From Candidatus Micrarchaeota archaeon (GTDB lineage: Archaea > Micrarchaeota > Micrarchaeia > Anstonellales > Bilamarchaeaceae), in assembly GCA_043812915.1 (NCBI GenBank), contig JBDRLQ010000003.1, positions 160,001-224,000 on the forward strand: a DNA stretch of 64,000 bases, given 5' to 3'. Numbering within the stretch: position 1 is the stretch's first letter; every line of letters starts with the position of its first letter. Positions 1 to 9,735 of the stretch are shown piece by piece. Made by a program: the position numbers and the translations under genes. The notes beneath the pieces were generated by a model, which saw only the letters and a program-made list of their open reading frames with translations, was not told where the DNA came from and did not search any database.

Positions 1-1
1 A

Positions 2-304
2 GGGCGTGCAAGGGAGGGAGGTCTGCGTTTCGGAGAGATGGAACGTGACTGCCTCATCGGCTATGGCGCCAGCATGCTGACCAAGGAAAGGCTGCTCGAA
101 GAGAGCGACAAGACGATACAGCTTGTCTGCAAGGATTGCGGCTCTACCGCCACCCACGACTATGCGCGCAACAGGGACATCTGCCCTATCTGCGAGAGCG
201 AGAATGTGGAGCCGGTGGAGATGAGCTATGCGTTCAAGCTGCTGCTGGATGAGATTAAATCTCTGTACATATTCCCGAGGCTGCTGCTGAAGGAGAAGGG
301 TTGA
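2..304 (+). CDS. rpoB: DNA-directed RNA polymerase subunit B (Rpo2), C-terminal fragment, truncated by the window edge
   Basis: Frame open from position 2: [18 protein letters not shown], Zn ribbon CKDC...[14 protein letters not shown]. Confidence 0.97.
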   Translation, partial: GRAREGGLRFGEMERDCLIGYGASMLTKERLLEESDKTIQLVCKDCGSTATHDYARNRDICPICESENVEPVEMSYAFKLLLDEIKSLYIFPRLLLKEKG

Positions 305-324
305 TTTTTACCGAGGTAATCGCT

Positions 325-2970
325 ATGGAAGTCAGTAAAGTCCTTAACAAAATAAAATTCTCAATCTTCTCACCGGAGATGATTAGGAAGATGTCCGCAT
401 CAAAGATTGTGGTGCCGGATACCTATGATGACGACGGCTACCCGATTGATGGCGGCCTTGTCGATACCCGGCTTGGTGTCGTCGACCCGGGTCTGCGCTG
501 CAAGACATGCGGTGGAAGGGTGAAGGAGTGCCCCGGCCATTTCGCGCACATCGACCTGGTGCGCCCGGTCGTGCACGTTGAGTTCGCAAAGCACATCTAC
601 CTTGTGCTCAAGAACACCTGCCCGCACTGCCACAAGCTGATTGGCAAGATGGGAAAGGCGGTTGCGAAGGCGAAGGCGGAAGAAGCCCTGCCGGAACAGG
701 CTGAGAATCCGAAGGAAGATGCCAGCGCCGAAGTGCCATCACTCCTAGAGATTACCAAAGAGGAGGCGAATGCGGAAAATCCTGCCGGAGACACTGTTGA
801 GCCCCTTCCGGAGAAGCCGAAGAAGAAGGAGAAGGGTGCGGCAAAGACCTGCAATAATTGCGGAACTGAACTTCCCGAGATTAAGCTCCTGAAACCATCA
901 TCATTCTTCAAGGAGAAGGAGATGATGCTGCCCACAGACGTGCGTGACTGGCTTGCGAGCATCAGCGACGATGACCTCCGGGAACTCGGCTTCGACCCGC
1001 TTTACGCAAGGCCGGAATGGATGATCATTACTGCGCTGCCGGTGCCTCCTGTCAATGTCAGGCCGTCGATTACGCTTGAAACGGGTGAAAGGAGCGAAGA
1101 TGACCTCACGCACAAGCTGGTCGATATCATCAGGATTAACCAGAAGCTGGAGGCCAACATCAATGCAGGCGCCCCACAGCTGATTATCGAGGACCTTTGG
1201 GAGCTTCTGCAGTATCACGTCACCACCTATTTCGACAACGAGACCGCCAACATCCCGCCGGCGAGGCACAGGAGCGGAAGGCCGCTCAAGACCCTTGCGC
1301 AGAGGCTTAAGGGGAAGGAGGGCCGTTTCAGGTACAATCTTTCAGGAAAGCGTGTAAACTTCTCGGCCCGTACTGTAATTTCACCGGACCCGCGAATCAG
1401 CCTCAAGGAAGTCGGCGTCCCGATGCCGATTGCCCAGGAGCTCACTGTCCCTATGCACGTTACGGAATGGAACGTCGAGAAAGCCAAGGAATATATCCTC
1501 AGCCCAGGATATCCGCGCGCCATATACATCAGCAGGCCTGACGGAAAGCGCCTGAAAGTGGGCGATACGGATGAAGTCCGCAATGAGCAGGCGGAGAACC
1601 TGAAGGTGGGATGGACAATCGAGCGCCAGATAGTGAACGGCGATATTTCCATATTCAACAGGCAGCCTTCCCTCCACAGGATTTCTATGATGGGCCATGA
1701 AGTGAGGGTTCTTCCAGGAAAGACATTCAGGCTCAACCCGGTGACAATCTCGCCATACAACGCGGACTTCGATGGAGACGAAATGAACCTGCATATCATC
1801 CAGACTGAAGAGGCCCAGGCTGAGGCGCGCTACCTTATGAGCGTGGACAAGCAGATGCTCTCACCGCGTCACGGGCATGCGATTATCAAGCCGCAGGAGG
1901 ACCACGTATCCGGATTCTACTTCCTTACGCAGGATAGCATGGAGTTCAGCAAGGACGAGGCTTCCAGCCTTCTATACCTTGTTGGCATCACCGAGCTGCC
2001 AAAGCCCGATCGGAAGGATGGCAGGTTCTCAGGAAAGCTCCTGTTCTCTCTTCTCCTTCCGGACGACCTTTCAATAAAGGTCCAGTCGAAGATGAGGGAG
2101 GAGGTCATCATCCGCAATGGAAAGCTCATCAAGGGCGCCGTGGACAGCAAGGTTGCCGAGAGCGAGCTCATCGAGAAGATTTTCATAAACAACGGGCCCG
2201 AGGCCGCAAGGCAATTCCTGGATATGGGGACGAGGATGGCTCTTGAGGCGATTTCAATCCACGGGCTTTCAGTATCCCTGAAGGATTATACCCTCTCTGA
2301 AAAGGCCGAGGTCAAGAAGAAGGAGATAACCGACAAGATGAACCGGGAAATCGACAACCTGGTGATGCAGTACAAGAACAGGTCCCTGGAGCGCTCTCCG
2401 GGCATGAGCCTGAAGGAGACCCTCGAAGGCCTTATTGTCAATATAACCTCTCTAACCCGTGAGGAGATTGGAAAGCTCGTTGAGCAGGATCTTACCCTTG
2501 CGAACCCGTCCATCATCATGGCCAAGATTGGAGCGCGTGGAAGCCTGCTTAACGCCATCCAGATGTCCGCGACAGTGGCGCAGCAGACAGTTAGGAGCAA
2601 GAGGCCATCCCGCGGCTACAAGGGAAGGCTGCTTCCGTACTTCAAGAAGGGGGTGCTCACCGCAAAGGAACGCGGGTTCGTATACTCATCCTTCCGCGAG
2701 GGGCTCACGCCCTACGAGTTCATGAGCCACTCCATGGGAGGCCGTGAAGCCCTTGTCAACACGGCTATCCGCACGGCCCGCTCAGGTTACATGCAGCGCA
2801 GGCTGATTAACGCGCTTCAGGATCTTGTGGTGTTCGATGACCTCACGGTGAGGAATGCGGACATGAGCGTTGTCCAGTTCATATACGGCGGTGACGGGAG
2901 AGACCCGATGTTTTCCAGCAGCACGGAGGCAGTAGATATCGTGAAGCAGGACGATATCGATACAGCATAG
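325..2970 (+). CDS. rpoA1: DNA-directed RNA polymerase subunit A' (Rpo1N)
   Basis: Catalytic NADFDGDEMN, CKTC...CPGHFAHIDL, RLKGKEGRFRYNLSGKRV; ATG 325 follows a GAGGT SD. Confidence 0.97.
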   Translation: MEVSKVLNKIKFSIFSPEMIRKMSASKIVVPDTYDDDGYPIDGGLVDTRLGVVDPGLRCKTCGGRVKECPGHFAHIDLVRPVVHVEFAKHIYLVLKNTCPHCHKLIGKMGKAVAKAKAEEALPEQAENPKEDASAEVPSLLEITKEEANAENPAGDTVEPLPEKPKKKEKGAAKTCNNCGTELPEIKLLKPSSFFKEKEMMLPTDVRDWLASISDDDLRELGFDPLYARPEWMIITALPVPPVNVRPSITLETGERSEDDLTHKLVDIIRINQKLEANINAGAPQLIIEDLWELLQYHVTTYFDNETANIPPARHRSGRPLKTLAQRLKGKEGRFRYNLSGKRVNFSARTVISPDPRISLKEVGVPMPIAQELTVPMHVTEWNVEKAKEYILSPGYPRAIYISRPDGKRLKVGDTDEVRNEQAENLKVGWTIERQIVNGDISIFNRQPSLHRISMMGHEVRVLPGKTFRLNPVTISPYNADFDGDEMNLHIIQTEEAQAEARYLMSVDKQMLSPRHGHAIIKPQEDHVSGFYFLTQDSMEFSKDEASSLLYLVGITELPKPDRKDGRFSGKLLFSLLLPDDLSIKVQSKMREEVIIRNGKLIKGAVDSKVAESELIEKIFINNGPEAARQFLDMGTRMALEAISIHGLSVSLKDYTLSEKAEVKKKEITDKMNREIDNLVMQYKNRSLERSPGMSLKETLEGLIVNITSLTREEIGKLVEQDLTLANPSIIMAKIGARGSLLNAIQMSATVAQQTVRSKRPSRGYKGRLLPYFKKGVLTAKERGFVYSSFREGLTPYEFMSHSMGGREALVNTAIRTARSGYMQRRLINALQDLVVFDDLTVRNADMSVVQFIYGGDGRDPMFSSSTEAVDIVKQDDIDTA

Positions 2971-2976
2971 GTGATT

Positions 2977-4029
2977 ATGATGTCAGCAAAAAAACCAGTA
3001 GCCATGATTCCGCCCTTCGAGGCGGTCGGTGTTGTGTGCGCTCAGAGTATTGGTGAGCCGGGCACGCAGATGACAATGAGAACATTCCACTACGCGGGTG
3101 TCGCCGAGCACGTGCCGACAGGCCTGCCCAGGCTCATCGAGATTGTGGATGCGAAGAAGGAGCCAAAGAAGGCAATTATCGACATCTACCTCAAGAGAGC
3201 GGCCGCAAGGAGCAGGACTGAGGCCGAGAAGGTGGCCAGGGACCTTAGCTCTGTCTTCGTTTCAGATGTCGCCTCAGTTGGTGATGATCTTGAGAGCCTC
3301 ACCATATTGGTCGTGGTCAATGAAAGGGACGCCAAGGCGCTTGGCGTGACCCTTCCGGCAGTGAGGAAAGCGCTTGAGGAGTTCTCCCCGGGCCTGAAGG
3401 CGAATGGCAACAAGTTCCTCCTGCAGCCGGTTAAGGACGTCGCTAAGGACCCCAAGACTGGCGAGAAGAAGGAGAAGAAGGTGACTGCAAAGGCGGTGAG
3501 GAGGCTTGCCAACAAGGTGCGCGAAGCCCTCGTCAAGGGGGTCAAAGGCGTTTATCGGGCCGTCGTAATCAAGGGGGACAATGAGTATTTCGTCCGGGCC
3601 GGAGGATTCAACATACTCGGCACAATGACTCATCCTATGGTTGACCCGAAGCGCGTATATACCAATAACATAAAGGAAATCGAGAAGGTTTTCGGCATTG
3701 AAGCTGCAAGGAACGCCATTATAAAGGAAGTGAATGACGTCCTTAAGCTGCAGAACCTTTATGTTGACATGCGCCACATAATGCTTCTTGCTGACGCCAT
3801 GACCTTCGGTGGCATTGTAAAATCAATCGGAAGGCATGGGCTTTCCGGTCAGAAGGTCGGCGTCCTCGGAAGGGCGGCATTCGAAGAGACTGTAAAGCAC
3901 CTCGTGAACGCGAGCGCTACGGCAGAAGAGGAGAATCTTATCGGAGTGACGGAGAATATCATCGTCGGGCAGACGGTGCCTGTCGGGACTGGCAAGGTCC
4001 GCCTGATTATGAAGAGAACCAAGAAATGA
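2977..4029 (+). CDS. rpoA2: DNA-directed RNA polymerase subunit A'' (Rpo1C)
   Basis: [49 protein letters not shown]. Confidence 0.97.
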   Translation: MMSAKKPVAMIPPFEAVGVVCAQSIGEPGTQMTMRTFHYAGVAEHVPTGLPRLIEIVDAKKEPKKAIIDIYLKRAAARSRTEAEKVARDLSSVFVSDVASVGDDLESLTILVVVNERDAKALGVTLPAVRKALEEFSPGLKANGNKFLLQPVKDVAKDPKTGEKKEKKVTAKAVRRLANKVREALVKGVKGVYRAVVIKGDNEYFVRAGGFNILGTMTHPMVDPKRVYTNNIKEIEKVFGIEAARNAIIKEVNDVLKLQNLYVDMRHIMLLADAMTFGGIVKSIGRHGLSGQKVGVLGRAAFEETVKHLVNASATAEEENLIGVTENIIVGQTVPVGTGKVRLIMKRTKK

Positions 4030-4051
4030 TATTTGATTGCAGGTGAACGAA

Positions 4052-4489
4052 ATGGCAGAAGAGGAAGAGACAATCACAGAAGCTATTCAGGAAGATGTTG
4101 AAGTTTCTGAAGAAGATGAAGAAAAGCCCAAAAAGAAAAGGAAAAAGGTCGTTCGAAGGAGGAAGACCAAGAAAGAGAAGGAGAATCCTCTTGATAGCGC
4201 CCTCAGGCTGACTGTGGAGAGCGGGAAGGTTGACTTCGGCGCAAGGACCGGAATCGTTGCCTCCCTTATGGGTAAGGCGAAGGCCTTCGTCCTCGCAAAG
4301 AACACGCCCGCGGAAACCCGCAAGCGCGTTAGTGAGTATGCAAAGAAATCGAAAATCCCAGTACTTGAGTTCGACGGAAGCACAATGGAGCTTGGCTCTG
4401 CGTGCGGAAAGCCGTTCTCTGTATCGGTGCTTTCGGTGTATGATGTTGGCGCGTCCAACCTCATGGACCTGGCAGGGGAATCTAAGTAA
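4052..4489 (+). CDS. rpl30e: 50S ribosomal protein L30e with acidic/basic N-terminal extension
   Basis: ELGSACGKPFSVSVLSVYDVGAS motif; canonical position between rpoA2 and nusA; GGTGA SD. Confidence 0.92.
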   Translation: MAEEEETITEAIQEDVEVSEEDEEKPKKKRKKVVRRRKTKKEKENPLDSALRLTVESGKVDFGARTGIVASLMGKAKAFVLAKNTPAETRKRVSEYAKKSKIPVLEFDGSTMELGSACGKPFSVSVLSVYDVGASNLMDLAGESK

Positions 4490-4502
4490 CCTGGTGTCAT
4501 TG

Positions 4503-4937
4503 ATGGTTGAACTAACGGGGGAGGACCTTACTTTTTTTTCCAAATTCGAGTCGATTACCGGCGTTATGCCCAAAGACTATGTGGCCTCGGAAAATGTGCT
4601 CACATTCCTTGTCGATGGGAATAAGCTCGGCAAGGCCATCGGGAAAAAAGGGGCGAATATACAGAAGCTTGGGAAGATTTTCAGGAAGAAGGTCGTCATC
4701 ACAGGAGACAGCGATGACCTTGAGCAGTTCGTCCGCGGATTCTTCAGCAACATCGGGATCCAGAACATCGAAGTCCGGGACATTATGGGTGAGAAAGCCG
4801 TGATGATGATTATCGATGAGAAGGACCGCGGAATCGCCATTGGAAGGGGCGGGGAGAGGATAAAGGCCGCCAAGTCCTTCCTGGGCAAGAAGTTCAAGGC
4901 AACCATCCATCTTAGGACAAGAAGGACTGCAATCTAG
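4503..4937 (+). CDS. nusA: Archaeal NusA (two KH domains)
   Basis: GKAIGKKGANI and GIAIGRGGERIK KH motifs; operon position; likely start ATG 4503 rather than the ORF-track start. Confidence 0.93.
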   Translation: MVELTGEDLTFFSKFESITGVMPKDYVASENVLTFLVDGNKLGKAIGKKGANIQKLGKIFRKKVVITGDSDDLEQFVRGFFSNIGIQNIEVRDIMGEKAVMMIIDEKDRGIAIGRGGERIKAAKSFLGKKFKATIHLRTRRTAI

Positions 4938-4957
4938 TCCTTTTCTTTTTCTATTTT
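4938..4957 (+). terminator. Oligo-T archaeal intrinsic terminator after the RNAP-nusA operon
   Basis: tccttttcttttttctattt directly after the nusA stop. Confidence 0.6.
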
Positions 4958-6079
4958 TCAATAATGCCCTGCGAGGTATTTCTCTATTTTCTGCAGCTGC
5001 ACTACGAAAATCAATCCGGGTGCTGGTCCGAGCGCCTTGGCAACCGCAACGAACATCGGCCCGACAATGTTGTCAGGCGTTATCTGCCCTGTGCTAGCCA
5101 GATATGCGACTATTGGCAGCCGGAGCCCCTGGATCAAGATGAATAGCGACTCCATCACGCCCGCGTAGAATCCGGCTTCGCGATATGTAGTGTTCAGTTC
5201 TTCAACCTCGACTCTCTTCCCTCTCCAGGTGCTCCTGAATCCATCAACAAACCCTTTTCCGAATTCATAGGCACCTCTGAATATTCCGCAGTTTTCATCC
5301 CTGTTCCTTCTAACCGCAATTTTCCATAGAATGCCGAATGTCGGCCAGAGCGCTGCTGTGCCCACAGCGGTTCCGAATGCTACTGCGGCCATCGCACCTA
5401 ATGGAGTGACAGTAGTATCCGAGAACTCTCCTGCCAGAAATGTGGTTCCGGCGGCCAGGCCTGCAATTCCAAGGGTATCACTAATTTCCATTGCTCCTAG
5501 GAATGTCGGCAGGTTAGGGCCAAGGGACTTCCTCTGCATCTCGAATCCCATAAGGCGCTTTGCCGGCCTGATGACTAAACTGCTAAGCAGGAAGGGCGTG
5601 GAGAATACCAGCGGATATGCAAGGCTGCCTGTTATCCCACCCCCGATTGCGGAATCAAGGGCCTTTCCGGCAACTGCAAGCCCGACGCAGGCACCCCAGA
5701 GGCTGGCAATGTCAATCGCCTTTGACAGATATAAGAGTCCTTTGCTCTTGCTAAGTATCGCCAGTCTCTCGTCAATACGGCCAATCTCCAGATTCATCAT
5801 CTTATTAAGCATCCTACTCGAGATTGTGAGGCCTGCCGTTTCAAGGGCACTAAGGGCCACGGCTCTCTCTTTTTCATTGTCCGGCGCTTTCACCGTCTCC
5901 CTGCATGTCTTGAGCTTGATATCATCATCTCTGTTCCTGCGCTTCTCCACAAGGCTGAGGCTGGCAATGCCCTTGGCCATCTCGTTCCTCTCTTTCCAGA
6001 CAAGTGCCCTGGCCTTCAGACTGGACACGCGCTTGCCTATTGTGCCGAATCCAGGATCTCTATGATAAATCCTCCTCAT
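4958..6079 (-). CDS. Hypothetical multi-pass membrane protein with basic soluble N-terminus
   Basis: 373-aa ORF, AGGAGG SD, several Gly/Ala-rich hydrophobic segments after residue ~120; no family recognised. Confidence 0.7.
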   Translation of the reverse strand: MRRIYHRDPGFGTIGKRVSSLKARALVWKERNEMAKGIASLSLVEKRRNRDDDIKLKTCRETVKAPDNEKERAVALSALETAGLTISSRMLNKMMNLEIGRIDERLAILSKSKGLLYLSKAIDIASLWGACVGLAVAGKALDSAIGGGITGSLAYPLVFSTPFLLSSLVIRPAKRLMGFEMQRKSLGPNLPTFLGAMEISDTLGIAGLAAGTTFLAGEFSDTTVTPLGAMAAVAFGTAVGTAALWPTFGILWKIAVRRNRDENCGIFRGAYEFGKGFVDGFRSTWRGKRVEVEELNTTYREAGFYAGVMESLFILIQGLRLPIVAYLASTGQITPDNIVGPMFVAVAKALGPAPGLIFVVQLQKIEKYLAGHY

Positions 6080-6193
6080 GATAATCCTCCTTTCTTGTGT
6101 GTGCTTAAGAACAATAATGATATATTAATGAAATTGAGAATTTTTTTGACAAAAACATATTTTTATAAACTAAATTTATAAGAAAGTAAAATA

Positions 6194-7159
6194 ATGGAGA
6201 AAATCGATAAAAAGGATAAAATCCTGCTATACGAGCTTCGCCGGAACTGCAGGCAGCCCTACAGCAGGCTAGCCAAGGCAGCAAAGCTCTCAAAGCAGAT
6301 GGTTCAATACCGAGTAAGCCGGCTTGTTAGGCTGGGCATCCTTGATGGCACCGTGCTTGCAATGGATGCCGGCCGCCTGGGCTTTCAGAATTACGCAGTA
6401 TATTTCCAGTGGGGGGATGATTCTCCGAAGGAATCCTTCGTAAAGGATGTCATGAATGATGCAACAACCCGGTATGCCGCTGAAAGTAGCGGGAGGGTGG
6501 ACTTCATCGTTTCATTTTTCGCCAGGAATCCGCTTGAGTTCCAGCAGGTCTGGGATAAATATGTCTCCAAGTACGGGGCTGCAATCAGGAGCCATTCGAT
6601 ATATATTTCTACAGAGCACCGCGCATTTGAAAGGACCGGGCTACTCGGGGAAAAACCGAGCAAGGAAAGGGAGGTTTTCCTCGGGAGCGCAGGAGAGCCG
6701 GTCAAGACTGATGATTCTGATCGGAACATAGTGAAAGCACTTGCGAAAACCCCGAGGGCATCTATCGTTTCAATCGCCAATACCTGTTCCCTTGCCCCTG
6801 ATACTGTGAAGTCGAGGCTGAAAAGGCTGGAAAAGAGCGGCCTGATACAGGGCTATGCGTGGCTTTACAATCCCGAGACCCTTGGCCTGAGGATGTATGA
6901 GCTTCTTCTTTCCCTTAGGGGCATGGACTCAAGGAAATGGGAAGAATTGCGCGCATACTGCCAGAGCAATTCGAAGATAACATACTTCATACGCAGCATA
7001 GGTGCATTCGACGCAGATATCATATTCGAGGTCGGGGATGATTCAGAATTCTACGAAGAGCTCCATAAGCTCAGGAAGCTTTTCTCAATCCACATCCATG
7101 ACTTTGATGTGGTAAAAATACTGAAGGAGCACAAGTTCTCCTATGCTCCTTTCCTGTAG
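6194..7159 (+). CDS. Tandem (double) Lrp/AsnC-family transcriptional regulator
   Basis: Two HTH units (IDKKDKILLYELRRNCRQPYSRLAK; DDSDRNIVKALAKTPRASIVSIA...VKSRLKRLEKSGLI), each followed by a RAM-like domain. Confidence 0.88.
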   Translation: MEKIDKKDKILLYELRRNCRQPYSRLAKAAKLSKQMVQYRVSRLVRLGILDGTVLAMDAGRLGFQNYAVYFQWGDDSPKESFVKDVMNDATTRYAAESSGRVDFIVSFFARNPLEFQQVWDKYVSKYGAAIRSHSIYISTEHRAFERTGLLGEKPSKEREVFLGSAGEPVKTDDSDRNIVKALAKTPRASIVSIANTCSLAPDTVKSRLKRLEKSGLIQGYAWLYNPETLGLRMYELLLSLRGMDSRKWEELRAYCQSNSKITYFIRSIGAFDADIIFEVGDDSEFYEELHKLRKLFSIHIHDFDVVKILKEHKFSYAPFL

Positions 7160-8988
7160 CTCTTTTCAGGCAGTTCCTGTATGAATCTTGAGGGCTCGAG
7201 CTCCTCGAAGGTGTAAAACTTCCCGCTGGTCTTAGGATAGCTCATGACGAGCTTTTTCCTTGCCCTGGAGGCGGCCACATAGAACAGCCTCCTCTCCTCA
7301 TCAAAATCAGTCGCCCTGCCGATAGGGAGCATACCGTCAGCAGCGCAGATTATGTAAACAGAATCCCATTCAAGCCCCTTTGCCTGGTGGATTGTTGAAA
7401 GTATCGTCTGGCTCGCCCTCTCCTTTGGCCGGACCTCATCCAGTGAGAAAGAGCTAAGGAAGTCCCCAACGCTCTCGAATCTGGAGGCTGTCCCAATCAG
7501 CGCTTCGATGTCCGACTGCCTCTCCTCCCAGTTGTCGAACTCATTCTTCATGTAATCCCTGTAGAACTGCTCATAGAACCGGTCAAGCATGCCAGCAGCA
7601 TTCCTTCCTTCTGAGAATATCCCCCGGAGCATCTTGGCCAGCCCGCCGCCCTTCTTCTCTATTGCGGCAAGCGCCTTAACGGCATCCTCAGCAGTCCCAA
7701 TATCATCTGCCGCGCTCTCGGCCTTCTTCCCCCCTATTCCGGGGAAAAGAGTGAAAAGCCTCAGCACTCCGGAGGAATCGAGAGGGTTCTCAAAGACTTT
7801 AAGCAGGGCAACCATGTCCTTCACATGCTTCTGCTCGAAGAATTTCACCCCTCCGCGCAATTCATACTGGATTCCCCTCTGCGTAAGCTCTGTTTCCAGC
7901 TCTGCAGCAAAATACGCCGCCCTGAACAGAACCCCGACAGTCCTGCCTTCCTTGAGGTCCTTCTCAATCATGCCGGCAATGTTCCAGGCCTCATCAGCCT
8001 TGTCATCCAGCCCGATGAGCGCAGGCAACTCACCTTCAGAGCCAATCGCGTTGAGTTCCTTCTTCATTCCCTGTCCGCTCTGTTCCATGCACCCGTTCAC
8101 GAGCCCAACGATGCTGGAGGTGCTTCGGTAATTGGATTTGAGGTAATGCACCTTTGCCCCGAACTTGTCCTTGAATTCGAGGATATTGCGGATTTCTGCC
8201 CCCCTGAACGAATAGATGCTTTGGAAATCGTCCCCGACCACCATCAGGTTCTTTCCATCAGCGTATAGAAGCTCGAGAATCTGCGCCTGCAGCCTGTCAG
8301 TATCCTGGAACTCGTCAACAAGTATGTTGGCGAACCTTCTCTGGTACCCCTGTCGCACACCCTCATTCTCAGAGAGCAGCTTCCAGGCAAAAAGAAGCAA
8401 GTCATCGAAATCAAGGGCGTTCATCCTTCTCTTGTTCATGGTATATGCGGAGGCAATCTTCCCAACAGTCTCATCATACTGCCCCCTGAAGAGCACGAAC
8501 TCACTGTCATTTTCGATGATGTCTGAAACCGGCTGCATCCTGAGCGTTGAAAGGGATATGATCCGCCTCACCATGGAGATTATGTTCTTCTTGGTGCCGG
8601 CACCGCACTCGGCAACTACCGCCTTCTTGAGCGCCTGCATGGCATCCTGCTCATCCAGGATTGTGAAATTGCTCTTCAGGCCGACGCGGTCGGCATGTTT
8701 CCTAAGAAGAAGATTCGCGAAATGATGAAACGTGCCGGCAGTAATCCTGTCAGCGTCATCCCCTATGAGCTTCCTAGCCCGCTCTTTCATCTCCCTGGCG
8801 GCCTTGTTCGTGAAAGTAAGAAGGAGCACGCTCTCAGGGGCCGCTCCCTGCCCGAGAATCCTGCAAATCCTGAAAACAACTGTGCGGGTCTTTCCTGAGC
8901 CCGGCCCGGCAATCACCAGCGTGGCTCCATCCCCGTTAAGCACAGCCTCGGCCTGCTCGCTGTTAAGTTCCTTCCTATAGTCCACCAT
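7141..8988 (-). CDS. uvrD: UvrD/Rep/PcrA-family SF1 helicase
   Basis: AGPGSGKT, TFTNKAA, VDEFQD, VGDDFQSIYSFRGA, NYRS, STIHQAKGLEW, EERRLFYVAASRA. Confidence 0.93.
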   Translation of the reverse strand: MVDYRKELNSEQAEAVLNGDGATLVIAGPGSGKTRTVVFRICRILGQGAAPESVLLLTFTNKAAREMKERARKLIGDDADRITAGTFHHFANLLLRKHADRVGLKSNFTILDEQDAMQALKKAVVAECGAGTKKNIISMVRRIISLSTLRMQPVSDIIENDSEFVLFRGQYDETVGKIASAYTMNKRRMNALDFDDLLLFAWKLLSENEGVRQGYQRRFANILVDEFQDTDRLQAQILELLYADGKNLMVVGDDFQSIYSFRGAEIRNILEFKDKFGAKVHYLKSNYRSTSSIVGLVNGCMEQSGQGMKKELNAIGSEGELPALIGLDDKADEAWNIAGMIEKDLKEGRTVGVLFRAAYFAAELETELTQRGIQYELRGGVKFFEQKHVKDMVALLKVFENPLDSSGVLRLFTLFPGIGGKKAESAADDIGTAEDAVKALAAIEKKGGGLAKMLRGIFSEGRNAAGMLDRFYEQFYRDYMKNEFDNWEERQSDIEALIGTASRFESVGDFLSSFSLDEVRPKERASQTILSTIHQAKGLEWDSVYIICAADGMLPIGRATDFDEERRLFYVAASRARKKLVMSYPKTSGKFYTFEELEPSRFIQELPEKSYRKGA

Positions 8989-9000
8989 GAGAATACCGGA

Positions 9001-9726
9001 TCATACTTCGAAATACTCGAGCGATATCTTGGTTACCGTGATATTCTTGTTAACCGCGATTTCCTGGAGGTCCGTTCCACTCTCGAATCCGACTGGCTTT
9101 CCGCTCACCCAGAAGTATGCCTCCCCATTCGGGTCAAACTTCTTTGTTACCTGGGTGTCGAACCTCTTTTTCTGAAGGTTCTTTGTCATCACCATCTTCG
9201 GGCTGGTAAGGTCGTCCGGAAGGTTCACGCTGAAGAAGCTGTCAGTCTCCATCCCGTTCTTTGTGAGCTTTTTAGAGACCTCAAGCACAAGCTTCTTCAT
9301 CTTCTTCAGATCCCCCCATGAAGCCTTGTCCCTCCAGTCACGGTGTGTGGTATATCTGGAGAATCCGATACCTGGAACCCCCTCAAGGATTCCCTGCCAG
9401 CACGCCCCTAGCGTACCTGAGCCAAGAAGCGGCCCAAGCCCCGCGTTGTCCCCCCAGTTTATCCCAGAGAGAATCATATCAGGCTTCTCTACCTCTTTTG
9501 AATAGCAGGCAAAGAGCACGCAGTCGGCCGGGGTGCCGTTTATCTCATAAATGTCCTTCTCCCTTTTATGCAGCCTGAGCGGCTTGTGGAGGGTCAGCGC
9601 TCCTGAAACCGCGCTCATCTGCTTTGCCGGAATGACGGCGTAAGCGTCCCCGAGCTTCCTGGCGACTTCCATCAGCACCTTGAAGCCCTCACTGTATCCG
9701 TCATCGTTGGTGACAAGTATCTTCAT
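9001..9726 (-). CDS. surE: 5'/3'-nucleotidase SurE
   Basis: MKILVTNDDG, NGTPADCV, SGINWGDN, SGTLGA. Confidence 0.95.
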   Translation of the reverse strand: MKILVTNDDGYSEGFKVLMEVARKLGDAYAVIPAKQMSAVSGALTLHKPLRLHKREKDIYEINGTPADCVLFACYSKEVEKPDMILSGINWGDNAGLGPLLGSGTLGACWQGILEGVPGIGFSRYTTHRDWRDKASWGDLKKMKKLVLEVSKKLTKNGMETDSFFSVNLPDDLTSPKMVMTKNLQKKRFDTQVTKKFDPNGEAYFWVSGKPVGFESGTDLQEIAVNKNITVTKISLEYFEV

Positions 9727-9735
9727 TAAGAGCAC

